A stretch of 64,000 nucleotides of DNA, from the NCBI GenBank assembly GCA_051362555.1, contig CM120645.1:15190001-15254000 (forward strand), in the 5' to 3' direction. This stretch comes from Lingula anatina. Taxonomy: Eukaryota; Animalia; Brachiopoda. Under the pieces are notes generated by a model that saw only the letters and a list, made by a program, of their open reading frames with translations, did not search any database and had not been told where the DNA came from. A program made the translations under genes and the position numbers. Below, piece by piece: positions 53,080-64,000 of the stretch. Every line of letters begins with the position of its first letter. Position 1 is the stretch's first letter.

Positions 53080-53932
53080 GACGAAGTACAAAAATATGAT
53101 TAGATATCAACGCTGTATGGACCCAGGAATGGGGATGGATCATGGGGTATTTTGTACTCCACCCCCACCTCCCACAAAAATATTATTCATAATAAAAGGT
53201 ATCGCTCGACTAAGTCTGCCAAACTACAGTAAATACATAAAACAAGATCCTGTTATCAGGTTGTACATCATTTCCCCTTTGGACAGAGAACCGAGAACTG
53301 AATCGCCATTTTGTTTTGGAAAACTCCCCCCCCCCCCCCCCCCCCCCACCGCTGCACCCAGCGTGCATCCCCTGCATTGGTCTAGGTACATGTATAGGGT
53401 ATATACTGACACACAATGTCTGCTTTGACTAAGAACAAATCCGCTATAAAATCTCACTAAGCCCTATACAGGTACATAATTAGTACATACATGGAAATTA
53501 TTTGTTGTTCATACCTGTGGACTAGTCTAGCTGTAAGTGGGAATGATCTTTGCACATGTAAAAACAACAAATGATAAGCTTTGTTTCTTCACTTGAACCA
53601 AACCAGATTGTTTGCACTAGAACTTTAAGTTCAAAGTCTTATCTTTGACACTAGATAAACTGCTTATCATGCTAGCCTGATTGGTAACGACATGTTGATT
53701 GGTCGGTAGTTTGTGTCTCTATGCCAGATGTTTTGTCAGTTTGTTTGTTGGGAGGTACACTTTCAAAATAAATAAATAACGAACAGTCGAAAATAGGCGA
53801 AAATAGGCAAAACGACACAATTTTACTATCACGGCAACCCGCCACATTATAGTAAGTTTACATGTACTACTTTAAAATTGCCAAGGGAAACGTCACCCCC
53901 CCCCCCCCAAAAAAAAAGTATATTAGGAACCG

Positions 53933-54099
53933 GTGTAACGTGATAGTCAGTTCCCATTGATGGAGAGTCTGCTTTCCATTCATGTGTACAGGCAGACATC
54001 ACCCTAGATTTTGACCCATTTAGGACAGGTTAACCCTAAGCGTTATAAACGAAATGAAGGGCGGACTTTCTGTTGCACGAACCCTCAGTTTCGTTACAC
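53933..54099. mobile_element. Full copy of the CG-flanked MITE family
   Basis: CG|GTGTAACG...CGTTACAC|TG; inverted homologue of 8926-9101. Confidence 0.75.
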
Positions 54100-54512
54100 T
54101 GGAATTTATAAATAAATACACTTTTGACAAGTATTGCTATTATCCGGGGAAGCAGCTTTGGCTGTCACTGTCGACTTTAAGGTTTTCGTGCAATATTGCC
54201 AAAACTCGACAAATTGTAATAGCATGCCTTATTTCAAAACGGTAACTCAAGAGTCAAACGAAATTAGTTGTTTTCATTTGTATAATCCATGGCAACTGTT
54301 TTTTTCTTAAATACTGCAGTTTTCTTTGATGGAAACATTGTATACCAATTGTTTCAAAAACCAAGCATCTTTTCGGAAATACAAATTTTTTCGGCAAAGG
54401 AGAATTACAAGCAATGTAAAGAGGCAGGCGTCTTGACCACATGTTTACTTAGAACAGTAGAAATTGGCCCTTTTGTTATCATCTAAACTGTCAAATGGTA
54501 GTCAGATGTCCA

Positions 54513-54554
<42 letters not shown>

Positions 54555-56006
54555 GCAGTCATATGTGCTATTTTCGTTCTGAATCAGAAGTGTCGCATTT
54601 GGTATGAATGATTCGTATCTGATCTGTATGCATGCTACGAAATGGGTGGTAAAGGTATCTGACTAGTATTTCTAAAACAATGTATTGAAATTAAAGAAAA
54701 AAAATCTTTTTTTAAAGCATTTTGATATATTAAAATATATTAAAATAGCTCTTTATCTCAATTTTACCCTGGCTAAAAATGCACTATTTGTATGTCCTTC
54801 ATAGTATATGTTTGGAACATTTTCATTGATAAAAAACATAAAATAATCAGTATATCTGTATTGGTTTTTCAGACATGTACACGAAGGGGCGACTTGGATT
54901 GAAAATAATACCTTTATTAATGTTCTAACAATAGCAATTTGACTTTGTCTTTTGCATATAGATATGTACATACGTGAACTTACTTCAAATAATAAGAATG
55001 CATAATACGGGTAAAGCAAAGATATCAATAATACAGAGATCATCGAACTGATGACCACGAGAAAATGTATAAAGAGGTTATTAAACGTCACGCTTGTTTA
55101 TGGACACACTTTAGTATTAAAGGTACAGCTTTGTGATCATTTTGTAAATTATTTGACATTTGGACTTGCAAGTTAAATTTATACTCTACCTGAAATTCGA
55201 ACTGTGCATGAACCCAGCAAACTAAAAGCAAAGTAGTTCGACTGACATTCGACTGCTTTTCAGTTATTGAACTGTAGTATTTTATTGCAGCATAATATGC
55301 ATTGAAAAGCATGGCATGAAAAATGAAACACTATATCGTATTCTTGCAAATAAACCTATACATTACACCTATCTAATCTTAGGCAGTTTTGAGGCAAAAC
55401 AAACGTTCAGTATCTGAATCTAATGATATAGTTTGACTTTCTCTATTTTTTTTTTTACAAAAGAAATGTTTCTTATCTTCAAGTAAGACTTAAAGTTTTT
55501 TAATTAAAAAAAAAATTATCACAGACCTACTGTTCTGACATTTATTCTGATTGCAGCATTTCAGAGCATAAAATGTGATAAGCCTTAGTATAACGTGGGA
55601 AGTTTTGGAGCTCGTGCTGTATTTTATTAATTTATGATAAAAATGATTTTTTTTCTAAAAACAACGACACTTACAATGAAGTTTTATATTTAACGATAAA
55701 AATTTTGTTGGCATTTAAATTAACGAGTGTTTAGTACCGATTTCAAGGAATTATGGCACTCGAAATGGTTATATAAGATCACAAATTAAAGGTATGTTAT
55801 AGTTTGTTGAAAACTAATTATGAAGCACGAATCGGCATAAACATCTAATTGGTTCAAGTAATGATCCAGAACTTTTCTCGACAAAAATTATATTTTGTGC
55901 TAACGCCCTGAAAAAAAAAACGCCTTAAACTCCCTAGATGAACAATAATAAAAACGTGTCATTGAACTACACTGTTGACTGTTAACTATTGGCCCAAATG
56001 CATTCT

Positions 56007-58289
56007 TCAAAGCTCGAAGTCAACGCTCACTCTCAGCTTATTTTGTTTCTCGTTGAAGATGGCGTTAAATTTTTCGTTTTGCGCTACAGTGAAATGGTTC
56101 TTCCAGTCACCAACAATACCTACAAAAAGACAAAAATGAATAAATAAATAAATAAATAAAAAGTATTTGATATTACTAGTCTATAACTTTACAACTAGAA
56201 ATCAATAGAACCTGACAGTTGCACTTGCCTGCTGTATAAAAGGTTAAAATGTCTCTTACCTTTTCTATACATGCTGCCTCCTGGTTTCCAGAAAGATTTT
56301 GGCTCTTTTTTCGCTTTCTTCATGTGCCCAAAAGAGCACTTTTTAGTCACATTTTCGTAGACCTCCTCGGATTTGGGATAACCTAGAAATTCTGCAATGC
56401 GGCGTACCTCTTTTTTAAGGTCCTAGAAATTGAAAAGAACGATTTGGAGATGTTTTTGTTAGTCTCTTTCCCCATCTCTCTTACCCACAAACGCACTGGA
56501 ACGTTCACTTATTTAAATAAAAGTTAAAAATTTCGAATAAAATCCTATGCACTCGTAGAATTCCTGAACTTCAATAATATAACTCTGATTTTTGGACTCT
56601 GTCAGTTTCTAATACAGCATGAACGTCAGGATACAGGCATATGTCCTTTATTTTTTCGACAATATGAAACTAATATGACCTCGATAAACCAGTTATGTAC
56701 ACGAAAAGCAGTCTCCTTTCTTGACAAAAGCCTAGCTGCTGCGAACCGGGTTTTAAAGATTGTAATGCTAGTAATAATGAATATATTGAAATGAGAAAAA
56801 TAAAATGGCTAACTGCCATACCCGCTTCATGTCTTCATATTTGACCACCAAGGCATTGGGGTTATTTTCTAAAACTTCCATCCAATCTGCAACGTGGTCG
56901 AACCAAGATCCGTACAAACCTAATTGAAAGAATGGCATTGCAGACATTGCATGAACTCTTCTGTTTTTTCATGTTTAGCAATATTTAAATACATATTTAT
57001 CATAAATGGAAAAACAAATAAATTTTAAGATATGGGCCAATTTTCAGTATCAAAATTAAACCAGTTTTATAGTTAATAAGCATAATATGGCATAAATAAA
57101 TAAATAAATAAATAAATAAATGATACATTCGTTTTAACTTAAAAAATAACGAAAAGACATTAGTACTGAGTATACAGAACATGGTATGGAAGGCAAAATC
57201 GAAATCAGTTTTCACATTTCTCGCCGAAAATGTTCTCCACGTGAAACAATTTTCAGAAAGTTTATTTTGGCCAGATTTGTGTCAGGGAACATGAAGCAGT
57301 TGTGAAAAAACTAGATTTTTAGCAAAAATGAATTTTTTTTTACAAATAAGGTTAAAATTTGCATATTATAGGTTATTCATTCTTGTGTTATGAATTACGT
57401 TTTCTATATATTTACATGTATTTTCGTCCATAGTTAAGTCGAAGTACCCGTTCCAAGTTCCATCATACAAATCGCCTTTGTTGTTTTTCATATGATAATA
57501 TGAGGATACGAAGGCGTCCTTTGGATTCCGTATTGTGTATATAATCTTAGATTGCTTCAATGCTTCTTCTGGAAACAGCTTCAGCGGCACATGTGTATCT
57601 AAAACCCTCGGCGACGGCAGTTTTTCCAGGGACTCCACAGCGCACGCCTCTGGGAACATGGTACCTTCTTTTATGCTGTCAGTGAGTTCTTCCCGTCCCG
57701 TTATGAGCAGTTTAACCACTTCATACACCCAATGTGTTCCTAATGAGAAGTTCATACTATTACAGATATATAAAGTTCGGCAAATATTTATATTACTAAA
57801 AAGACATTCTGAGAATTTTTGTACCATTAATTAAAACAATATCATTTAGAATTATATTTAATTAAAACTTGTTCAAGGGATGAACTCCCAAAAAAGAGGC
57901 ACGGTGAGTAGATTGATAAATCTGGTATTTTGTCTCGAATATAGCAGATCTCTCTCTCTCTCTCTCTCTTATGGCGTGTGTGTGTGTGTGTGTGTATGTT
58001 TACCTGATTTAGGCCAGTTCACTATCCAGACATCATCCTCACGAGCGTGAAACTTGACATAATTGTTAATGTTACTTTCTACAAGAGGAAATGGATGTAA
58101 GTGAATTCCCTTAACGACGACTGCTCTGAAGCTATTCCCCTCGCTGTCCGTCAACTTTATCCTCTTTCCTGCTTGTCTCCAACCGAGCAAAACTGATTTG
58201 ACCATATTACGAACTTCGGGAAAGTGGTACAAGTCCATAACAAGGAGATATATTGTGCGAAAGAAATTTCTGATTAACGCAAACACCAT
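56007..58289 (-). CDS. Cytosolic-type sulfotransferase, copy C (327 aa)
   Basis: Exons 58289-58004, 57739-57416, 56919-56822, 56422-56260, 56119-56007, all GT-AG and in frame. Same motifs. Confidence 0.93.
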
Positions 58290-58504
58290 TGTGTCAGCTG
58301 GACTGAAATATTGAAAAGAAGTAAGTCTATTATATGCTCCTGACAGATGGAAGTAGTGGGTGCATGGTGGTTGGGAATGGGGGTAGGTGAGGGGAGGTGG
58401 TCAACGGTTGTAGATGTTTATGCAAAAGTAATATGCATGGCATTTATTAGACAAATTAGTTCAAGGCCTAAATAGACCTCATAGAGCTCATTCCCATATC
58501 AATA

Positions 58505-58671
58505 CAACTCCATGGGGAATCTCGCTGAATGCAATCAGTCTCCCCTTGTTTCCAACGTACTCGTATAATCACCAGCTTTTCTGTATTCTGTTCAACACTA
58601 GAGGAGGGCTGAGGAGAAGTATTGTAAATCTGCTGATCTGATCGCATTCAGCGAGAGTTCCCGCGGAGTTG
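58505..58671. repeat. Inverted repeat with ~34-bp arms and ~100-bp spacer
   Basis: CAACTCCATGGGGAATCTCGCTGAATGCAATCAG (58505-58538) pairs with CTGATCGCATTCAGCGAGAGTTCCCGCGGAGTTG (58638-58671). Confidence 0.85.
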
Positions 58672-59222
58672 GATCGATCTACGTAGACTGATAGTTTCAT
58701 TGGAAATGAACCCTTGTTTCTAACGTGCTCGCATAATCTACAGACCCACATTTTCCCCCGGCCCCTTATAGATATCCAGGATAGGTTACAAAAGCCCTCT
58801 CCGCCAGGCAAAGAAACTGTTAAGAGTAAATGGCACAAGTAGGCCTAGTGCTAATTCTGCCAAGCCGAGTACATGAAACAGTATTTTGATCGCCATATGT
58901 GTGTACTGACTCTCCCTTGAAAAGGTCACCGAACAATGACTGAATCCGCCATTTTGTTTGGAAAAGCAGAGGGAGTGCTCCCACCACCCCATCCCACTGC
59001 ATCCCCTGGAATGCTCTATATACATGTATATACATGTACTTAATGCGTAATAATGAGATATGTAAGATATCAATATTACTGTATAATCTAGAATTTCGAT
59101 ATCAAACCCCACAAGATCGCACATACAAGTCTATACAATCAAGGAGTTACAATTAATGGTTAAATGGACAAAGATAATGAAACAATATTAGTCTAATACT
59201 GGATCTTACGTTGAAACGGAGA

Positions 59223-59269
59223 TCACAAACGTTTCGACCTTTAACAAGGTGCTGTCCCTGTCAAGGTGA
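59223..59269 (-). ncRNA. Degenerate minimal type I hammerhead ribozyme motif
   Basis: Minus strand UCAC-C-UUGACAG-G-[GAC..GUC]-GAAACGUUU-GUGA: stem I UCAC/GUGA, U3-A8 core variant with A9 changed to G, and palindromic AAACGUUU in place of helix III. Confidence 0.5.
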
Positions 59270-59333
59270 ACTGCTTGGAGGTGTCACCGGTGTCACGTAG
59301 TCACAGTCTGAGCGGAATGTCTCCCATGACCCG

Positions 59334-60967
59334 GTGTGAAAGGAATGCATGTCCCCCAGGAACGGAGGTCCTCCGGACCTCCGTTCCTGGGAAAACATGT
59401 CCTATGGACGTGCGTTCCCTAGGATGTACTGTCCTACCCGGACCTAGATTCCCAGCTGTTTTTATACGCAGCTAGGGCATGTATTCCTGTCGGACATAAT
59501 TTCCTTTCACATATACACAGAAACGCACGTCCTACATAATTAATGTCCGCACAATAATTATAAACACGGGGCTATAAGCATCGGTAATTTTCGGTCGGCT
59601 GGCAGCAGCTTCCACACAGGCTCATCAGTAAGACGGCTGGATGAATAACCAAGAGCGTAGAGAAACGTAAGTGAGTTCGAATCCTCAGCAACGTTGTTAC
59701 TCTATATGCAAATTTTATCCTTATTTATTCACTGTTTCAACGAACAAAACGCACTATGTAGTTTGTTATATAATTTGGATTATATTGATGAGGCGAGATT
59801 TTAAATGTTTGATTTAAATATCATCATTTTTTTTTAACTTTGAGCTATTTAAGAATTCCTTTAATAACTCGACACCGTGGCCGAATTTCATCGGATAATT
59901 ATACGCAAAAGTGAAATATGCTTTCTACTTTCACCTAAAAATACAAAGAATTAGAACGGGAAAATCAGGATCCATATGTAAAGGAAAAAATGCGCTCTGA
60001 AGAATGTTAAGACTAAAAGTCAAAATGCATGTATAAAAAATAACAGAAACATTCAATTTAATTATCTTACAACTATACACATTTAATTTACAGTCTTTAA
60101 CTGCATATTATTTCTCTCTAACTACAAATATTCCCAATGATCATCAAGTCACCAAGTATGAAATAATAAACTGTCACCCGAACGATATGTATACCAGTAC
60201 CAGAGCAGCTCGAACGTCATCGAGAAGTGTTCAACACGTATTTGTAAGCGAGCAAATCGCGAAAAGGTGGCTGTGTATTATTTCACACACTCATATTTCA
60301 CCATAAAACACCCCGTAAAACGTATAATGTGATGTGTATAAGGACAAAAAACTTATTGGTTAGAAATAGGTACGAGCCAAAATCCAAAGCTGTGTATCAC
60401 AGACATATAGTATGTGAATGACCGCTTAACAATAATTAAGGCATTAATGTAATGTGAAGAGGCCGAGATATTTCACAAGGTACAATGAATGGCGTGAATC
60501 TCATATTTTTCATATTAATAGGAAATATATATATATCCTAAATCTAAAATTAATTTGAAGTTTTTCGTTTATTTAAAATATCTTAAGTTAGCCGAATGAA
60601 GTGTGTATAGGGATACATATATACAATTATAATAAGTGTAATATCATTCTTAAACATCACGTTTAAATATTAATCTTCTGAAATTAACACATCATTCATA
60701 TGAAAATGACAGAGGACATCTATTACTAGTCTAGCTGGGAGAATATGTCCGACTAGGACATCGATGCCTGTCTGCAGGACTTAGAATACTAAGTAATGGG
60801 TGTCCACTGGACGTTAAATCCCAGTAAATTATGTCCTAGGACATGCGTTCCTAGGAATGGAAGAGCCAGGACATGCATTCCCAGGACTTAGTGTCCTACG
60901 GACACTCATTCCTAGGAATACATGTCCTACGGACATGCATTACGGCGGACATCCATTCCCTTCACAC
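59334..60967. mobile_element. 1.6 kb non-autonomous TIR element nested in the Penelope remnant, flanked by CG
   Basis: CG|GTGTGAAAGGAATGCATGTCC...GGACATCCATTCCCTTCACAC|CG, with arrays of imperfect GGACATGC.TTCCTAG-type subterminal repeats at 59340-59500 and 60740-60960. Confidence 0.8.
59619..59690 (+). mobile_element. tRNA-derived SINE head (degenerate)
   Basis: A-box-like GGCTCATCAGTAAGAC and B-box GAGTTCGAATCC at ~59673-59684; no complete cloverleaf. Confidence 0.4.
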
Positions 60968-61814
60968 CGGCTTTTCAGTTCACAAAAATAACCACCAGAC
61001 TTGTAAATAAATTTAATGGAGTCGCTTGTTTGTTCACTAGGAGCATTTTATGATCGTGCATGTAATTATATAATGCAAGTGTTCTTGTGCAGTTTGAGTA
61101 ATTAAAATTAGTATGCATGCACCACGAAATAGTGCAGCACTGTACCTCAGATAAGAAATTAGGATATAAGGAGTTAATACCTAGAGTGAAGATTTACCAG
61201 AGAGACCACTTGGGAGAACTAGGAAGACGGACGTGAGCTATGGGAGTGGACAGTCTGAACCAGTCCGTCTCTTTGGCGAGGATCATAACGTCGAAGTGTC
61301 AAAAGTATCAGAGGGGTGTTGTTGGTGGGTGAATAATGCGGAGACATATACACTAAGCGTTCTGCTTATTATAGACCGTTTTGATACTCCCACACATGAG
61401 CCTTTGCAGTCTGCCGGTCAATGTCCTTACACTTAACACCGTTACTTTTCCTCAGATATTTTATTCTCAGCATTCTCTCTTTCACATGGACTTACTGGTT
61501 TCTTGGGTATGTTGAATGGTTTATATGTTGTCACAAAATCAAAGTGATTGGAAATTTCCCCAAGTCTATTAGACATTTTTTATGAAAGGGAGGCTTACCT
61601 ACACAGACCGTAACTACGTGACCCTGGTGACAACTCAAAATCAGTTCACCTTAAGGCCTTGTCGAAAAGTTGTAGTAAGTTCGTGATCTCCGTTTCAACA
61701 CAAGATCCAGTATTAAATTAATTTTGTTTCATTATCACTTTGAGGTTCGAAGGAACCACTATAGTATAGTCTAGTGCACTTACCGAGTAGGCCTACCTGT
61801 TGATTGAATACGTA

Positions 61815-63474
61815 CAGGGTTACCACTTAATATGGAATATTATTTTTTGGCGAATAAATTTTCTACAAAATATTTAATTTCTCTCTAACTGCTTTAAATC
61901 CAAAGCTAAGGTGTCACTCCATGTGTAGCCAGATGTGTTACCTAATTACCACACGACTTTCGAAACAATTGATGCATGCAGTTGCATGTTCTGTGGTCAT
62001 AAATGTGAGGGGTGGTCTTTTCGGCAATTTCTGCCCTTGTATAAAAACGCATGGGTTTGGTCAATCTTTGGAGCGTGTTTAGAGAAGCAACAAAGGGATC
62101 GCTCTGAAACTTGACAGGTACCTTAGTGACGATATGGTACGACAGCAAAGCAACGCAGCTTACTATGGGATTCTTGCTCTCAGAGAAAATGGCCAGAAAC
62201 GGACAGCCATTGCCAGGTAATTCAACATTTATCAGGAACCGTTTGTGAAGTACTCCAAAGAAATGCTGCTACAGGGGCACCTACTCCAATACCTCGACCA
62301 GGGTGTCCGCGTATCACACCAAGAAGACAGGATCGCATTCTCCTTAGTGGACGCCGTGCTGGTCGTACAAAGACAACCAGTGTCCTCAGAAAAGAGAGGC
62401 AGAATGTCATTCAAACGCCTGTTTCAAGGTCCCACGTGAACAAGAGATTTCTGCAAGCCGGTTATTTTGCACGAAGGCCAGTAGGGAAACCACTGTTAAC
62501 AGTAGGTCATAAACAGCGACGTCTGCAAAGAGCTGGGGACCACGTGCGTTTGCAGCCAAACCACTGGAATCACGTCGTTTTCAGTGATAAGGCCAGATAT
62601 GGATTTTTTAGGGTTGATCGTCGAATCCGTGTCCACCGACGTGTACGAGGGACATAAAACAATGATTGTGTACTGCCTAGGGTGCTAGCAGGGGATGGTA
62701 ACGTCTCTGTTTGGGGAGTATTTCATGTCGGTGCCCAGAACCAGTTGGTTTTTCTAGGAGGCAACCTCATCCAGGATTCCTACAGAGACATTCTACAGCA
62801 AACAATGCTTCGATTGGTAAGATTCATCTTCAGGAACAACTTTGTGTACCAAGACGCCTGCTCAACCCCACATCGAGGCCGCAGAATCACTGTTTTTCTT
62901 CAAAACCAATGGGTTCAGCAACTGCCCTGGCCTGCAAACTCTCCAGATATGAACCCAATTGAAAATCTGTGGGCGGAAGTAACTCACAGAATTAATAGCT
63001 ATGGTCCTTGGCCGGTAAATAGTGATGAACTGCGACAGGCAAATATCACTGCGTGGAATGATATCCCCACCCAAACTCTAAAAAACGTGTCACAGGATAT
63101 GCCGTGTAGGATGAGGGCGCTGCAAGCGGCTGCTGGAGGTCATACCCGCAATTACTGACTTTTCATGATTTACTGTAGTGAGTTCTTTGACTGTGTAACA
63201 TATCACTGTCCGGAGGCTATCATTTTCTTTAATATCTTATCTTAAAGTTTATACTGACATCAAACTGTTGATATGGTTTTCTGGGGGTGTTCCTTTCTTT
63301 TGAATGGCATCTTATGTCAGATTTAATATTATTGACCAAAATATCTCACAACAGAAGACTGGATGTTATTATCACTCAGTGACATACTTTTTTAATGACT
63401 CAAGCCAAAAAAAAATTAATCAGCACTCAAAAATAACAATGATAAAAAATATTCCATATTAAGTGGTAACCCTG
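61815..63474 (+). mobile_element. Tc1/mariner (DD34E Tc1-type) transposon, full length but inactive
   Basis: TA TSDs at 61813-61814 and 63475-63476; perfect 27-bp TIR CAGGGTTACCACTTAATATGGAATATT; 1660 bp. Confidence 0.97.
62133..63158 (+). pseudogene. Tc1 transposase pseudogene
   Basis: Fragments GRPRITPRRQDR-like HTH linker, RRPVGKPLLT, WNHVVFSDKARY, VSVWG, FVYQDACSTPH, WPANSPDMNPIENLW, GGHTRNY. Multiple frameshifts and stops; the second catalytic Asp appears mutated (QDDNA-type motif reads QDACS). Confidence 0.93.
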
Positions 63475-64000
63475 TATTTGTGAATGCTTTTGCACAAAAG
63501 GGCACTACTGATTGAATAAAGCCACGGATATTGAGGTTCTTTAAGAACACTCGTACTTTAAGTTCAAGGTCAACTCTTATTGTCGACATTAAAATAAATG
63601 CTAATCATACCAGCCAAAGATCTTGGTAATGGCGTGACTATAATTTATTGATCGAAAGATTGTCTCTATTTTTCATGAAGTTTATCAGTTAGTTTATTTC
63701 TGCAGAGGTACGTGTAAATTGTTGACCCTTAAATGCTGCAGTTTTCTTTGGTGGTCAATTTGTATATAAATCGTTTCAAATATCAGTCATCTTTCCGGAA
63801 ATAATTTTTTGCAAAGAAGTTACATAATAACCAGCAATATTAAAGGGATAATAGCTCTTCGTTTCGGCCAAAAAATGAATTTTCCTGGAGTAAACAACAA
63901 TTTTCCCATACTTACCAATGGTTAATGAATCCACTTTTACAATCAAAGTTAGTCCCAGTTTTTTTTTTCTAAAAAGTTTGTTTTTTTGTTGAAATCTCTT

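Larger units (their letters stand above)
59173..61736 (-). mobile_element. Penelope-like retroelement remnant with inverted pseudo-LTRs
   Basis: Inverted ~135-bp repeats at 59173-59310 and 61604-61736. Minus strand ~61430-61250 gives CKDIDRQTAKA..VSALFTHQQHPSDTFD / frameshift / DVMILAKETDWFR, resembling a Penelope GIY-YIG endonuclease. Hammerhead-like core in the 3' repeat. Confidence 0.7.

Noticed and set aside
48484-57834. Plus-strand ORFs repeated in the SULT cluster
   Set aside because: Antisense shadows of the duplicated sulfotransferase exons.
59619-59690. Functional tRNA gene
   Set aside because: Only A/B-box-like motifs; no acceptor or anticodon stems.
59340-60960. Short repeated units as a CRISPR array
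   Set aside because: Eukaryotic context; repeats are degenerate, in both orientations and lack unique spacers. They are subterminal repeats of a TIR element.

Overview
This is AT-rich, intron-containing animal genomic DNA; an invertebrate, probably a mollusc or other lophotrochozoan, is my inference from the repeat types and gene content. Exons were assembled by eye with consistent splice phases. Gene models: an RD3-family gene (+, 6522-7115); a 5-exon secreted Cys-rich protein (-, 11070-20895) whose first intron holds a 6.7 kb EnSpm/CACTA-type transposon with a decayed accessory gene; a PRRT3/4-like 7-TM protein (-, 24120-27144); KIN17 (+, 41172-45595, 10 coding exons); and three tandem cytosolic-type sulfotransferases (-, 46216-58289). 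Mobile DNA: L2/CR1-type LINE fragments, Helentron-type HINEs, MITEs with 5-bp and 6-bp TSDs, a MITE family apparently inserting at CG, a Penelope-like remnant with inverted pLTRs and a degenerate hammerhead ribozyme, and a dead Tc1 element. The main unexplained signal is an apparently non-coding spliced transcript divergent from RD3. Its first intron contains an atypical box H/ACA-like RNA with a three-way-junction 5' domain and no pseudouridylation pocket. A putative uORF stop codon also overlaps the RD3 start (TAATG). No database searches were run.
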